From Pseudomonadota bacterium (GTDB lineage Archaea > Thermoplasmatota > SW-10-69-26 > JACQPN01 > JAJPHT01), in contig JAJPHT010000026.1 of assembly GCA_021325135.1 (NCBI GenBank), forward strand, positions 1-64,000: DNA of 64,000 nucleotides. The letters run 5' to 3'. How positions within the stretch are numbered: the stretch's first letter is position 1; the number at the start of each line of letters is the position of its first letter. This document shows, one piece after another, positions 46,064 through 56,048 of this stretch. A program made the position numbers and the translations under genes. The notes under the pieces were generated by a model that was not told where the DNA came from, searched no databases, and saw nothing but the letters and a program-made list of their open reading frames with translations.

Positions 46064-47338
46064 TTGGACCTCAACGCTTTCCTCGTCGAGCTTGCCGTCT
46101 CCGGCGCCGTGGGCGGCCTCGTGGGCATCGAGCGCGAGCACCGCCCCGATGGACAGGACGTGGTGGCGGGCGTGCGCACGTTCCCGCTGGTCAGCATCGC
46201 GGGCTTCCTCATCGGGATCATCGCCATCGAGAACGCCTCGCCCCTCATCCTGGGCGCGGGGCTCCTGGGCATCTTCGCCTTCGCGCTGATGTTCATCCAG
46301 ATGCGGCTGAAGCTCAACCAGACCGGCGTCACGACGCCCGTCGCCATGATCGTGACGTTCCTCCTGGGCGTCCTCATCGCCTACGGGCACCAGTTCGAGG
46401 CCGTCGTCGTGGGGATCGCGATGACGTTCCTCCTGGTCACGAAGCGGCGCCTGCACAACTTCGTCTCGCTCCTGGACGACGACGAGATCCTCTCGACGCT
46501 CCAGTTCATCACGGTCCTGTTCATCCTCCTGCCCCTCACGTACAACCTGCCCGAGCACGTCTGGGACCTCTCGTGGCTGGGCCGCCACCAATTGGTCGAC
46601 CCCTTCAGCATCGTGCTCGTGGTGGTCTTCGTCTCGGCCATCAGCTTCGTGAGCCTCGTCGCCATGCGGCAGATCGGGCCGGGGCGCGGCCTGGAGTTCT
46701 CGGGCCTCATGGGCGGCCTCGTCAACAGCGAGGCGACGACGGCGGGGCTCGCGCAGCGCGCGCGGGAGGAGCCCCGCCTTGCCAGCGCGGCCTTCGTGGG
46801 TGCCATCCTCGCCACCATGACCATGATGGTGCGCGGCGTCGCGCTGGTGGCCTTCAGCGACCCCAGCCTGCGCCTCATGATCCGCCTGGTGCCGTGGCTT
46901 CTCCCCGTCTTCCTCGCGGGCGCGTTCTTCGCGTGGAGGGAGCGCGTCGCCACCGACGAGTCCATTCCCGCCGTGCGCGTGAAGAACCCGTTCGCGATCC
47001 TCCCCGCCGCGCGCTTCGCCCTCATGTACGCGGGCGTCTCGCTCCTGGTCGCCCTCGCGCAGCAGCAGTTCGGCCCCGTGGGCGCCTACGTCGCGACCCT
47101 GGGCGGCTTCCTCTCCGCGGGCGCCGTCATGGCCAGCGTCGCGGCCCTCTTCGCCGGGGGCGCCCTGGACTTCACCACCGCGCTGCGCGTCTGCCTCCTG
47201 GCCAACGCGGCCTCGGTCCTGGGCAAGCTCCTCATCCTGCGCGCGACGAACCCCGACCTCGCGCGGCGGGCCCTCGTGCCCTACGGCGCCATGGCCGCGC
47301 TGGGCCTCGCCACCGTGGCGGGGTCGTTCCTCGTCTGA
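46064..47338 (+). CDS. MgtC/SapB family membrane protein with DUF4010
   Basis: GGLVGIERE, AGVRTFPL, GVTT, GGLVNSEATT, VKNPF. Confidence 0.88.
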   Translation: MDLNAFLVELAVSGAVGGLVGIEREHRPDGQDVVAGVRTFPLVSIAGFLIGIIAIENASPLILGAGLLGIFAFALMFIQMRLKLNQTGVTTPVAMIVTFLLGVLIAYGHQFEAVVVGIAMTFLLVTKRRLHNFVSLLDDDEILSTLQFITVLFILLPLTYNLPEHVWDLSWLGRHQLVDPFSIVLVVVFVSAISFVSLVAMRQIGPGRGLEFSGLMGGLVNSEATTAGLAQRAREEPRLASAAFVGAILATMTMMVRGVALVAFSDPSLRLMIRLVPWLLPVFLAGAFFAWRERVATDESIPAVRVKNPFAILPAARFALMYAGVSLLVALAQQQFGPVGAYVATLGGFLSAGAVMASVAALFAGGALDFTTALRVCLLANAASVLGKLLILRATNPDLARRALVPYGAMAALGLATVAGSFLV

Positions 47339-47451
47339 GGCCTGGGCTCCCGGGCTCCCGGGGCCCCTGGGCCCAGGTCCCCCCGCGTCGGGAGGATGAA
47401 CCCCGGCTGCCGAAGCCTGCTTCACAGGTGATCCACCTGAACTGGCAACCG

Positions 47452-47730
47452 ATGCTTGCGACAGCCCTACTGACCACCGCGCTGCTCCCCTTTGCGGGCG
47501 CAGCGGCCCCCCCGCCGGATTGCGCGCCCTCCGCCGCGCCGGCCACGCAGGTCCACACGGACCCCGTGACCTATGAGCGCGTCTACAGCGCCTTCGGCAG
47601 GACCTACGTCGAGCTCTGGCAGGAGAGCAACGGCGTCTCGGGCCTCCAGCCCAGCTCCACGTGGAACTGCGGCGGCGCCGCGGACACCCTGCTGGACTCG
47701 GCCTGCTACGGCTGCCCTCTGATGCTGTAG
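47452..47730 (+). CDS. Small secreted protein with WQESNGxxGLQ motif
   Basis: Signal peptide MLATALLTTALLPFAGAAA; 4 Cys; start may be slightly upstream (GTG 47428). Confidence 0.6.
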   Translation: MLATALLTTALLPFAGAAAPPPDCAPSAAPATQVHTDPVTYERVYSAFGRTYVELWQESNGVSGLQPSSTWNCGGAADTLLDSACYGCPLML

Positions 47731-47800
47731 GCAGCCCCTCCTCTGGCCGTCCGATGAGGCGGCCAGAACCCTTCTTCTTCCGCCAGCCCCCCATGGCGGC

Positions 47801-49378
47801 ATGCCGTTCCCCCACCCCCTGGGCAACGAGCGCTCCCCCTCCCTCTGGATCGAGACCGCGGGGACCACCTCCCACGGACCCGTGGACGCCGACCAGCGCG
47901 CGGACGTCATCGTCGTGGGCGCGGGCATCGCAGGCCTCACCTCCTCGTACCTCCTCGCCAAGGCGGGGAAGTCCGTCGTCCTCGTGGACCGCGAGCGCGT
48001 CGCCATGAGCGAGACGGGCCACACCACCGCGCACCTCCAGATCGTCGTCGACACGCGCCTCCAGGACCTGGTGGACCGCTTCGGCCTCGAAGGCGCGAAG
48101 AAGGGGTGGGACTCGCAATTGGAAGCGGTGCGCCTCATCGAGCAGATCGCGCGGGAGGAGCGTATCGCCTGCGGCCTGGAGCGCCTGCCCGCCTACCTCT
48201 ACTCGCCCCGCGAGGAGGACGTGGACGCGCTGCGCCGCGAGATGCGCCTCGCGCGCCGGATCGGCTACGCCGCGGAGTGGGCGGACCCGCGCGAGGTGCC
48301 CTTCCCCGCCAAGGCCGCGGTGCGCTTCCCCCACCAGGGCAAGCTCCACCCGCGGCAGTACGCGCTGGGCCTCGCCAAGGCGTGCGAGCGCCTGGGCGTC
48401 CGCATCTTCGAGGGCACCGAGGCGACGAAGGTCCACGAGGGATCGCCCGTCGTCGTCGAGACGCGGGAAGGGCACAGGCTCACGGGGGATTGGTTCGTGA
48501 GCGCCGCGAACACGCCGTGGCACGTGAAGATCGCGCTGCACACCAAGCTCCACCCCTACCGCACCTACGCCATCGGCGCGCGGGTCCCGCGGGGAATCTT
48601 CGGCGACGCGCTCTACTGGGACACGCTGGACCCGTACCACTACACGCGGGTTGAGCGCGAGGGCGATCGCGACCTCGTCGTCCTGGGCGGCGAGGACCAC
48701 GAGCTGGCCGAGGAGCCCGACACCGAGCGCCACTGGGAGAGCCTCCTCGACCACCTGCGGCAGGCCGTGGACGACGTCGAGCCCGCGTACCGCTGGAGCG
48801 GCGAGGTCATGGAGACCGAGGACGGCTACCCCTACATCGGCCGCGTGCCGGGGCGCCCGGAGAACGAGCTTGTCGTCACCGGCGACTCGGGCACGGGCAT
48901 CACCAACGGCACGCTGGGCGGCCTCATGGTGGCGGAACGCATCCTGGGCCGCGGCACGCCGTGGGACGAGCTGTACGACCCCGCGCGCGTCGCGACGGGC
49001 GCCGAGGCGGCGAAGGGGTGGCTGGCGAAGAACCTCGGCGACGCCAAGGAGCTCGCCGTGCGCTACCTCAAGCCTGGCGAGATCGAAGGGCCCGACGAAC
49101 TGGCGCCGGGGCAGGGGGGCATCCTGCGGCGCGGCGCGCAGCGCATCGCCCTCGCGCGCACGCTGGACGGCGCGCTCGTCGCGCGCAGCGCCGCCTGCAC
49201 GCACGCGGGCTGCGTCGTGGGCTGGAACCACGCCGAGCAGTCGTGGGACTGCCCCTGCCACGGCGGCCGCTTCACGCCGGGGGGCGACATCCTCCACGGG
49301 CCCCCCGCGGCGCCCCTCAAAGAGGTGGACCTGGACGAGGTGCTATCAAAGAAGGAGGCCGAGGGGAAGAAGGGCTGA
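47801..49378 (+). CDS. FAD-dependent oxidoreductase with C-terminal Rieske 2Fe-2S domain (YhfW-like)
   Basis: VVGAGIAG, TGHTTAHL, DGYPYIG, CTHAGC and CPCHGGRF Rieske motifs. Confidence 0.93.
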   Translation: MPFPHPLGNERSPSLWIETAGTTSHGPVDADQRADVIVVGAGIAGLTSSYLLAKAGKSVVLVDRERVAMSETGHTTAHLQIVVDTRLQDLVDRFGLEGAKKGWDSQLEAVRLIEQIAREERIACGLERLPAYLYSPREEDVDALRREMRLARRIGYAAEWADPREVPFPAKAAVRFPHQGKLHPRQYALGLAKACERLGVRIFEGTEATKVHEGSPVVVETREGHRLTGDWFVSAANTPWHVKIALHTKLHPYRTYAIGARVPRGIFGDALYWDTLDPYHYTRVEREGDRDLVVLGGEDHELAEEPDTERHWESLLDHLRQAVDDVEPAYRWSGEVMETEDGYPYIGRVPGRPENELVVTGDSGTGITNGTLGGLMVAERILGRGTPWDELYDPARVATGAEAAKGWLAKNLGDAKELAVRYLKPGEIEGPDELAPGQGGILRRGAQRIALARTLDGALVARSAACTHAGCVVGWNHAEQSWDCPCHGGRFTPGGDILHGPPAAPLKEVDLDEVLSKKEAEGKKG

Positions 49379-49385
49379 GCGGGGC

Positions 49386-50130
49386 TCAGTGCGCGGGGCC
49401 CGCGTGGACGGTGCCGTCCGCGTGGGTGTGCGTCTCGCCGGAGGCCGCGCTGGGCTCCGCGGTGACGTACTCCTCGACAAAGCGCGTGGTCTTGACGCCC
49501 GCGAAGGTGCGCAGGTCGCTGACGAGGCGGTACTTCGCGACGAACCAGCGCTGGTCGTACTTGCACGAGTCGGGCAGCGTGATGGAGACGACGTCGCCCT
49601 GCGCGTCGACCTTGAAGCCGTCCGCGCGCCCCTGGCCGTAGGCCAGCTCGATGAACCCCTTGATCTTCTCCACGGGGTCCGTGATCTCCTGGACGATGGT
49701 GAACTTGTACGTGAGCGCCTTGCCCGCGAGGGGCGGGTTGTAGTCGACGCGCACGCGGCCGGGGCTCACGGAGACGACGGTCGCCATCTTGCCCTGGTGC
49801 TGGAGGCGCATGCCCGGGTACCGGTTGACCTCCTGCTTCGAACTCGCGCAGCGGGATCGTGTCGACCTTGGCGGGGTCCTTCTCGCCGAACGCCTTCTGC
49901 GGGGGGATCGTGACCTCCTGCGCCTCGCCGGGCTTCGCGCCCTCCAGGGCCTCGTCGAAGCCGGGAATGACGCGGCCGGTGCCCACGAGCACGGGGAGCG
50001 GCTCGTAGACGACCTCGGCGTTGTACTTGCCGTGGGACTGGGCGACGTCGCGCTTCGTCGTGTCGAAGAGCTCGCCGTCCTCCGTCCAGGCCTCGTAGTC
50101 GACCTTCACCAGGGTGCCCTTGGCGACCAT
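49386..50130 (-). pseudogene. Archaeal long-type FKBP peptidyl-prolyl isomerase (SlyD-like), frameshifted near 49839 (or sequencing error)
   Basis: N-part VKVDY..GELFDTT..VIPGFDEAL..IPPQKAFGE in one frame; C-part GRVRVDYNPPLAGKALTY in another. Confidence 0.8.
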
Positions 50131-50180
50131 ACGAGGCGGCCCAAGCGGGGCCCGGTATATGAAGGCTGGGGGTGGCTTGC

Positions 50181-50639
50181 TCACGTCGAGCCCGGCGGCC
50201 GCACCGCGCGCTCGCGGTAGGTCCACGGCGGCGCGTAGGCGACGCCGAACCACCGCTGGACGGGCGGGCTGAGGAGGTACCACGCGGCGACGCCCGCGAG
50301 GACCAGCTGCGCGAGGCCGCCCACGAAGGCAGCGCCCAGGAGGGTGAGGAGCCCGAAGACGACGTTCAGCGCGGCGAGGCCGACGCAGGCGTACCACGCC
50401 CAGCGGCGGCGCGCGAAGAGGCCCCACGCGACGGCGGCCGCGAAGAGGGCGTAGGCGAGGACGAGCACGCCGCCCGCGGCGCCCAGCGCGACGAGGCTGG
50501 AGGAGTTCACGGCGGCGCCGGCCAAGGCGCCCGCGGCGAAGATCGCGAAGGCCGCGAAGAGGGCGAAGAGCGCGACGATCAGGGCGAGCGCGGCGAGGAC
50601 GGTGACGCCCGCGGGGCGGCTGGGCAGCGGCGTGGCCAT
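50181..50639 (-). CDS. 4-TM membrane protein
   Basis: RPAGVTVLA...AWGLFARRRWAW...WYLLSPPVQRWF. Confidence 0.75.
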   Translation of the reverse strand: MATPLPSRPAGVTVLAALALIVALFALFAAFAIFAAGALAGAAVNSSSLVALGAAGGVLVLAYALFAAAVAWGLFARRRWAWYACVGLAALNVVFGLLTLLGAAFVGGLAQLVLAGVAAWYLLSPPVQRWFGVAYAPPWTYRERAVRPPGST

Positions 50640-50688
50640 GGGCGCCTTGGGCGCGCGACGTGCATCAAGGGCGCGCGCGGTCAGGCGG

Positions 50689-53403
50689 TCAGGCGAACGT
50701 CACGGGCACGGCGTCGCCGTGGAGCACCGCCGCGTCGGGCACGTCGAGGGCCGCCTGCCGGCCGCCCGCGTCGACGACCACCTTGGAGACCGCGTGCACG
50801 ATGCTGTTGGTGCCGCCCTGCGCCGCGGGCACGGGCGCCGTCGTGCTGTACGGGAAGGTGATATCGAACGTCCCGTCGGGCCCCGCGACACCCTCCACGG
50901 TGTGGCGCAGGGAGCGCGATTGTCCCCCCTGGTCCACCTGGAGGTCGACGGCGGCGACGACGCGCGCGCCGGGCGCGGCCGTGCCCGTGAGGTGCGCGCC
51001 CTCGACGCGCTCGAAGAGCTTCAGGCGCGACGCGACGAAGAGGTCGTAGCCGCGCGCGTCGGACGCGAAGTCCACGATGCTGTCGGGCGACGCGCCGGCC
51101 GCCTTCGCGGGGTCGATGCCCACGGGGCAGGAGCCGCTGGGGATGACGTCGTGGAAGCAGCGCACGTCGCCGTTCTGGTTGAGCATGCTGCCCACGATCT
51201 CGTAGGAGGGGTCCTCCCAGACCAAGCGGTAGTTCGTAAGGCCGTCGCCGTCGCGGTCGTAGAGGCGCCCCATCATGCTGTCGGTGTAGACGGGGCTCAT
51301 GGAATAGACGCTGCGCGGCTGGCCGTTCTCGACGCGCGTCGTCTGCGTGATCCAGTCGCGCACGAGCTGGTGCTCGACGGGGTCCACGAGGGGCTTGCGC
51401 GAGGCGTTGCTGTTGCTGGCCCAGACGGTGATGGCGCCGAACTTGCCGGTGGCCATCTCGTCGTCGATGAAGACGTAGCGCACGGGGCCCTTGCCCTGGA
51501 CCCAGTCGTTGAGCATCTTCTCGGCCTGCGGCGGGTCGCGCTCGGTGAACCAGAGGCTCGCGAAGGGCGCGGCCTGCTGGAAGGGGTTCGCGACGGGCGG
51601 GCGCTGCGCGGTGGTCTCGATCCAGTGGCCGTAGTCCCACCACGATAGCACGCCGTAGCTGTTGGCGGGGTAGTCGTAGAGCTGGCCCGCGGGGGGCTTC
51701 TGCGCGATGAGGCCAAGGTCCACCCCGGCGTCGGGCGTGTTGTTGCGCATCCAGTCGAGGCCGCGGAACCAGAGGACGAGGTCCCCGTCGGGCTGCGTGA
51801 TGTGCGCGGCGTCCCACGCGGGCTGCGCGCGCTGCGAGGCGAGCACGTTGCCCGGGAGCACGAGGAGGAGGCACGCGGCGACGGCGGCCACCTGCACGGG
51901 GCGCGAGACGCTGCGCGAGGCCGCGGCGCGTCCGGTCTTGCGCCCCTTGGCCTTCTTGGCGGGCTGTTCCTCGGCGACGCGCTCCTCCTCGGGGCGGTGG
52001 AGGCCGAGGACCTCGGCGACGCGGGCCGCGACCCAGCCCGTGAGGAGCGCGAGGTTCACCGCGAGGTAGTACGAGAAGCGGATCTGCGTCTCGGTGGCGT
52101 TGAAGATGACGAGGCTCCAGAGGGCGAGGAGGATGTCGCTGCGGCGGCGCTTCCACAAGGCGAAGCCGCAGAGCGCGACGAGGAGGAAGACGCCCAGGGG
52201 GGCGAGGAAGCCGAAGTCGTCGGGGAGGCACGTCACCTGGCTGCGGTCGGTGCCGTCGTTGCAGAAGTACGCCGAGGGGCGCGCCTCCGCGATGGTGGTG
52301 GTCGTGCGCGGCGCGTTGATGCCGGTGATCCACGAGAGGCCCCAGCTGACGCTCCCCCACACGTCGGGCATGCCGAAGCGGACGACGAGAAGACCCGCCA
52401 GCACGAGGGCGGCCACCGCGCCGGGCACGATCCACGGGGAGAGGCCGCGGCGGCGCGCGGCGCGCGACGCGAGGTGCACGGCGACGAGCCAGAGCGCGGA
52501 GGCGAAGCAGAGGACGGGCTGGAGGATGCCGTAGGTGTTGTACTCGCCCAGGAACGTCGTCTCGATGCTGGGCAGCATGAGGAGGCCCGCGGCGAGGAAG
52601 GCGATGGCGCCGCCGAAGACGAGGCCCGTCGCGTCCTTGTCCTGGCCGTTCTCCAGGAGGACGACGAGGGTGAGCCACGCGGCGAGGATGCCCAGGAAGA
52701 GGATGGCGGGGGGCCAGGCGTAGAAGTTCGCCGCGAGCGCGACGCCGCCCACGATGGCGAAGACGAGGGCGAGCCAGAAGGCGCGGTCGCGTCGGCGCGC
52801 GCCCAGGGACTCGCGAGCCGCGTGGCCGCGCTCCACCGCGACGACGACGCCCAGGATCGCGATGATGCTGAAGAGGTCCTCCGCGACGTGGTGGTCCGAG
52901 TAGCCGGCGACGCTGCGGATGAGGAACTCGCCGGGAAGGAGCGCCAGCGTGATGGCGGCGACGATGGCGCCCGGCGCGCCCAGGAGGCGCTTCGCCAGGA
53001 AGTAGAAGGGGACGATCATGAGCGCGCCCAGCACCGCGGGGAACACGCCGAGGACCTGCTGCACGACGGCCTCGCTGGCGTCGCGGCCGTGGCCGATGAC
53101 GATGACCGCCGCGGCGAGCCAGTCGAAGAGGGAGCCGAACTGTCCCGTGCCCGTGCCGATGGGGTAGTACGTCCACGGGTCCCAGCGCGGCACGCGGGGG
53201 AACGCGCGCACGGTGCCCAGCGTCTCGCGATAGTGATAGAAGGGGTCCGTGCCGATGTAGAACGCGCGCCCGCTGCCCACGAGCGCCTTGTAGGGCAGCA
53301 TGCGGACCCAGAACATGAACGCGCCCAGCGCCGCAAGCAGCGGCGCCTCCCAGAGGAGCGGCCAGCGCAGGGCCTTCTGGAGCGCGGGGGGCGTCGGGGC
53401 CAT
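50689..53403 (-). CDS. aglB: Archaeal oligosaccharyltransferase (STT3 family)
   Basis: GTDPFYH, DHHVAE, TTIAE, QIRFSYYL, SWWDYGHWI, VANPFQ, KFGAI. Confidence 0.95.
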   Translation of the reverse strand: MAPTPPALQKALRWPLLWEAPLLAALGAFMFWVRMLPYKALVGSGRAFYIGTDPFYHYRETLGTVRAFPRVPRWDPWTYYPIGTGTGQFGSLFDWLAAAVIVIGHGRDASEAVVQQVLGVFPAVLGALMIVPFYFLAKRLLGAPGAIVAAITLALLPGEFLIRSVAGYSDHHVAEDLFSIIAILGVVVAVERGHAARESLGARRRDRAFWLALVFAIVGGVALAANFYAWPPAILFLGILAAWLTLVVLLENGQDKDATGLVFGGAIAFLAAGLLMLPSIETTFLGEYNTYGILQPVLCFASALWLVAVHLASRAARRRGLSPWIVPGAVAALVLAGLLVVRFGMPDVWGSVSWGLSWITGINAPRTTTTIAEARPSAYFCNDGTDRSQVTCLPDDFGFLAPLGVFLLVALCGFALWKRRRSDILLALWSLVIFNATETQIRFSYYLAVNLALLTGWVAARVAEVLGLHRPEEERVAEEQPAKKAKGRKTGRAAASRSVSRPVQVAAVAACLLLVLPGNVLASQRAQPAWDAAHITQPDGDLVLWFRGLDWMRNNTPDAGVDLGLIAQKPPAGQLYDYPANSYGVLSWWDYGHWIETTAQRPPVANPFQQAAPFASLWFTERDPPQAEKMLNDWVQGKGPVRYVFIDDEMATGKFGAITVWASNSNASRKPLVDPVEHQLVRDWITQTTRVENGQPRSVYSMSPVYTDSMMGRLYDRDGDGLTNYRLVWEDPSYEIVGSMLNQNGDVRCFHDVIPSGSCPVGIDPAKAAGASPDSIVDFASDARGYDLFVASRLKLFERVEGAHLTGTAAPGARVVAAVDLQVDQGGQSRSLRHTVEGVAGPDGTFDITFPYSTTAPVPAAQGGTNSIVHAVSKVVVDAGGRQAALDVPDAAVLHGDAVPVTFA

Positions 53404-53487
53404 CGGGCCGCGAGGCGGGCGGCGGGCTTTGAGGGTTTCCCTCTTCGGCGACGCAGAACTCATCCGGGTTGCTCCTCATCGCGCCGC

Positions 53488-54027
53488 GTGGACCCAGGGA
53501 CGCTGGACTTCCTGCTGCGCGCGGAGGCGCTCAAGGACCGGCCGCGACGAGGCTGGCTGCGCGCGGGCGTCGCGCGCCCCGAGAGCGTCGCGGATCACGC
53601 GTGGGGCGTCGCGCTGCTCGCCGCGCTGCTCGCGCCGGAGGGCGTCGACCGCGCCCGCGCGGTGGAGCTTGCCGTGCTGCACGACGCGTGCGAGGCGGCC
53701 ACGGGCGACCTCGTGCCGGGCGAGTACGCGAGCCGCGAGGAGAAGCTCGCCCGCGAGCGCGCGGGGCTCCTCGCCATGCTGGAGGGCGCGCCGGACGCCG
53801 CGCGCTCGCGCGTGCTGGGCGCCTTCGACGAGATGGCCCGCGACGAGACGCCCGAGGCGCGCTTCGTCCACGAGATCGACAAGCTGGAGATGGCGCTCCA
53901 GGCGAGACGATATCAGGAGCGCGGCGTGCCGGCCGCGGCGCTGGAAAGCTATCGCGCCACCGCGCGGCGGGGCGTCGCCTCGCCCGCGCTGCGCGAGGCG
54001 CTCGACGCCCTCACGAGCGGCCCGTGA
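53488..54027 (+). CDS. HD-domain 5'-deoxynucleotidase-like hydrolase (HDDC2/YfbR-like)
   Basis: LKDRPRRGW, ESVADH, LHDACEAATGD, EARFVHEIDKLEM. Confidence 0.9.
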   Translation: MDPGTLDFLLRAEALKDRPRRGWLRAGVARPESVADHAWGVALLAALLAPEGVDRARAVELAVLHDACEAATGDLVPGEYASREEKLARERAGLLAMLEGAPDAARSRVLGAFDEMARDETPEARFVHEIDKLEMALQARRYQERGVPAAALESYRATARRGVASPALREALDALTSGP

Positions 54028-54400
54028 GGAAGCGGCGCCTCAAGGGGCCGTGCGCGAGCAGGCCCACCACCATGCCCCCCGCGAGGCCCACGAGGAGGAG
54101 CGCCGGGAAGATGGCGTCGGGGTGGTCCGCCGGGTGGAGCGCGAAGCCCAGCGTGGCGAGGAAGCCCAGCGCGAAGCCCGCGACGGCGCCCACCGCCGCG
54201 GCGGCCAGGATGGGCCCGCTCCGGCGGTAGCGGTTCAGCAGCTCGGTCGCCAGCACGTTCGCCAGCAAGGGGTCGCGCGACCGGCTCGCGGCCGCGAGGG
54301 CCTTCACGACGTCGACGTAGGGCATGCCGCGGACGGCGGCGGCGCGGTCGGGCGCCCGCTCGATCGCCTCAAGCCCCGCGTCGAACCGGGTGTCGCCCAC
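54011..54400 (-). CDS. Small membrane protein
   Basis: DPLLANVLATELLNR followed by 2 TM. Confidence 0.6.
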   Translation of the reverse strand: MGDTRFDAGLEAIERAPDRAAAVRGMPYVDVVKALAAASRSRDPLLANVLATELLNRYRRSGPILAAAAVGAVAGFALGFLATLGFALHPADHPDAIFPALLLVGLAGGMVVGLLAHGPLRRRFLTGRS

Positions 54401-54453
54401 GGGGGCGCGCTTGCTCCTGCTCGACCATCAAGCTGCGGCTGGGCGGAGAGAAG

Positions 54454-54526
54454 TGCCGTGGGCCGGGCTCGAACCGGCGACCTTGGGATTATGAGTCCCA
54501 CGCGCTACCAGCTGCGCCACCACGGC
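54454..54526 (-). tRNA. tRNA with CAT anticodon, probably elongator tRNA-Met; no intron, CCA not encoded
   Basis: GCCGTGG TG GCGC AGCTGGTA GCGC G TGGGA CTCATAA TCCCA AGGTC GCCGG TTCGAGC CCGGC CCACGGC A folds as a cloverleaf; G1-C72 argues against the archaeal initiator. Confidence 0.93.
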
Positions 54527-54575
54527 TGGTGGTGCGCGGGCAAACCCACGGCCCTATTTGAAGATTCGCGGGCGC

Positions 54576-55994
54576 TCACGATCGCTGCGTCGCGTCCTCG
54601 CCCATCTCCTCGGCGAGGCGCTGCTTGCGAAGCTGCCTCCACTCCTTGCGGCGGGCGCGGGCCTCGCGGCGCTCCTGGATCAGGGCGCGGAAGAGGCGGT
54701 TCTCCAGGAGGAGGAGCGCCACGACGAGGCCCACGGCGAGGCCGCCCAGGAGGTTCACCGCGACGAGGTCGGGGAGCGTGTAGGTGAGGACGGCGAAGAG
54801 GAGGAGCGCGACGCCGAACCAGACGGGGAAGAGGATGAGCGGCTTGGAGCGGTCCGAGATGGGGGGCACGAGCCCCTGGTCGCGGCGGCCGAGGATGCGC
54901 TTGAGCGTGCCCGTGAGGGCGAGGCCCACGAGCACGCCCACGAAGAGGCCGGCGAGGAGGCCGTAGAAGATGTCGAGGCCCGCGGCGCCGAAGGCAGCCA
55001 CCACCACGAGCGCGGCGGCGAGGCTCACCGCCAGGTAGACGGGCAGGCGGGCGCGCGGAGGGAGGCCGGGCTGGTAGTCCGGGTAGCGGCGCCAGCGGCG
55101 GGGGCCTCCCCAGAGGGCTGCGGCGATGCCGAAGCTCGCGGCGAAGCCCAGGACAAGGGCGATGGGGAGGAGCGCGTCGGCGGGGATCACGTCCTTGCTG
55201 CGGGCGTTGACGCGGGTGAAGCCGGTGAGGAGCGCGCCCACGACGGCGGTGAAGGGGACGCCCAGGACGACGGTGGTCGCAACGAAGAGGCGGGGCCGCG
55301 CCTTGCCGCCCACCTTCTGGACGTACTCGGCGGGGTTGCGCTTGGGCGTCGGGATGCCCACCATGAGGTAGCCGGCGAGGCCCGCGAGGAGAATGCACAG
55401 CGGCAGCAGCACCAGGGGCTGGAGGTTGAGAAGCTCCGGCACGCGGTCCGGGTAGCGGTCCATGAAGCCCGTGGTGAGCACGCCCAGGAGGACGTAGAGG
55501 AGGAGGAAGAGGACGACGAAGAGGGGCCAGAAGAGGTGGCGGCGCTGCTCCTGCGGGAGGTTGCGGTAGAGCTCCACCAGGCGCACGTTCACGGTGGGGA
55601 AGCCCACGGCGAGGTACGCCAGCACGCACGCGCCCGTGGCGGCGAGGGCGATGCTGAGGTAGCTCGCGAGGTCCAGGGGCACGCGCGCCTGCGTGATGGG
55701 GTAGCCCACGACAGGGTAGAGGAGGAGCGCGAGGAAGATCGCGAGGGGGAAGAAGAGGTACGGCTTGATCTTGGGGTCGAGGATGGGCTTGCCGTCCTTG
55801 TGCGTGAGGATGGGCCAGCCCAGGACGTACCACGCCGCCGCGATGCCCAGGGGGAGCGAGAAGACGACGGGGTAGTAGATGTCCGGCGTGAGGATGGCGA
55901 GGAGGATGAAGGCGAGAAGGAAGCCGCCCGCGGCCACGGGCACGAAGAGGAGGGTCCTCCGCTCGGCGGAGAGCTTCGCCAGGACCGGCTTCAT
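54576..55994 (-). CDS. 12-TM membrane protein built from six hairpin repeats
   Basis: Repeated Lxxxx(R/K)xxLFxP...GxP units; charged helical C-terminal tail. Confidence 0.8.
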   Translation of the reverse strand: MKPVLAKLSAERRTLLFVPVAAGGFLLAFILLAILTPDIYYPVVFSLPLGIAAAWYVLGWPILTHKDGKPILDPKIKPYLFFPLAIFLALLLYPVVGYPITQARVPLDLASYLSIALAATGACVLAYLAVGFPTVNVRLVELYRNLPQEQRRHLFWPLFVVLFLLLYVLLGVLTTGFMDRYPDRVPELLNLQPLVLLPLCILLAGLAGYLMVGIPTPKRNPAEYVQKVGGKARPRLFVATTVVLGVPFTAVVGALLTGFTRVNARSKDVIPADALLPIALVLGFAASFGIAAALWGGPRRWRRYPDYQPGLPPRARLPVYLAVSLAAALVVVAAFGAAGLDIFYGLLAGLFVGVLVGLALTGTLKRILGRRDQGLVPPISDRSKPLILFPVWFGVALLLFAVLTYTLPDLVAVNLLGGLAVGLVVALLLLENRLFRALIQERREARARRKEWRQLRKQRLAEEMGEDATQRS

Positions 55995-56048
55995 GGGTGG
56001 CTCTCCGAGGGGAAGGACCCACTTATCCCTTTTGAAGACGGAGTTTGC

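Noticed and set aside
54454-54526. tRNA as an integration site for an island or provirus; also as initiator tRNA or tRNA-Ile2
   Set aside because: No integrase or duplicated tRNA 3' end seen. It lacks A1-U72, so it is not the initiator. The GCC start fits elongator Met better than Ile2, though this is not proven
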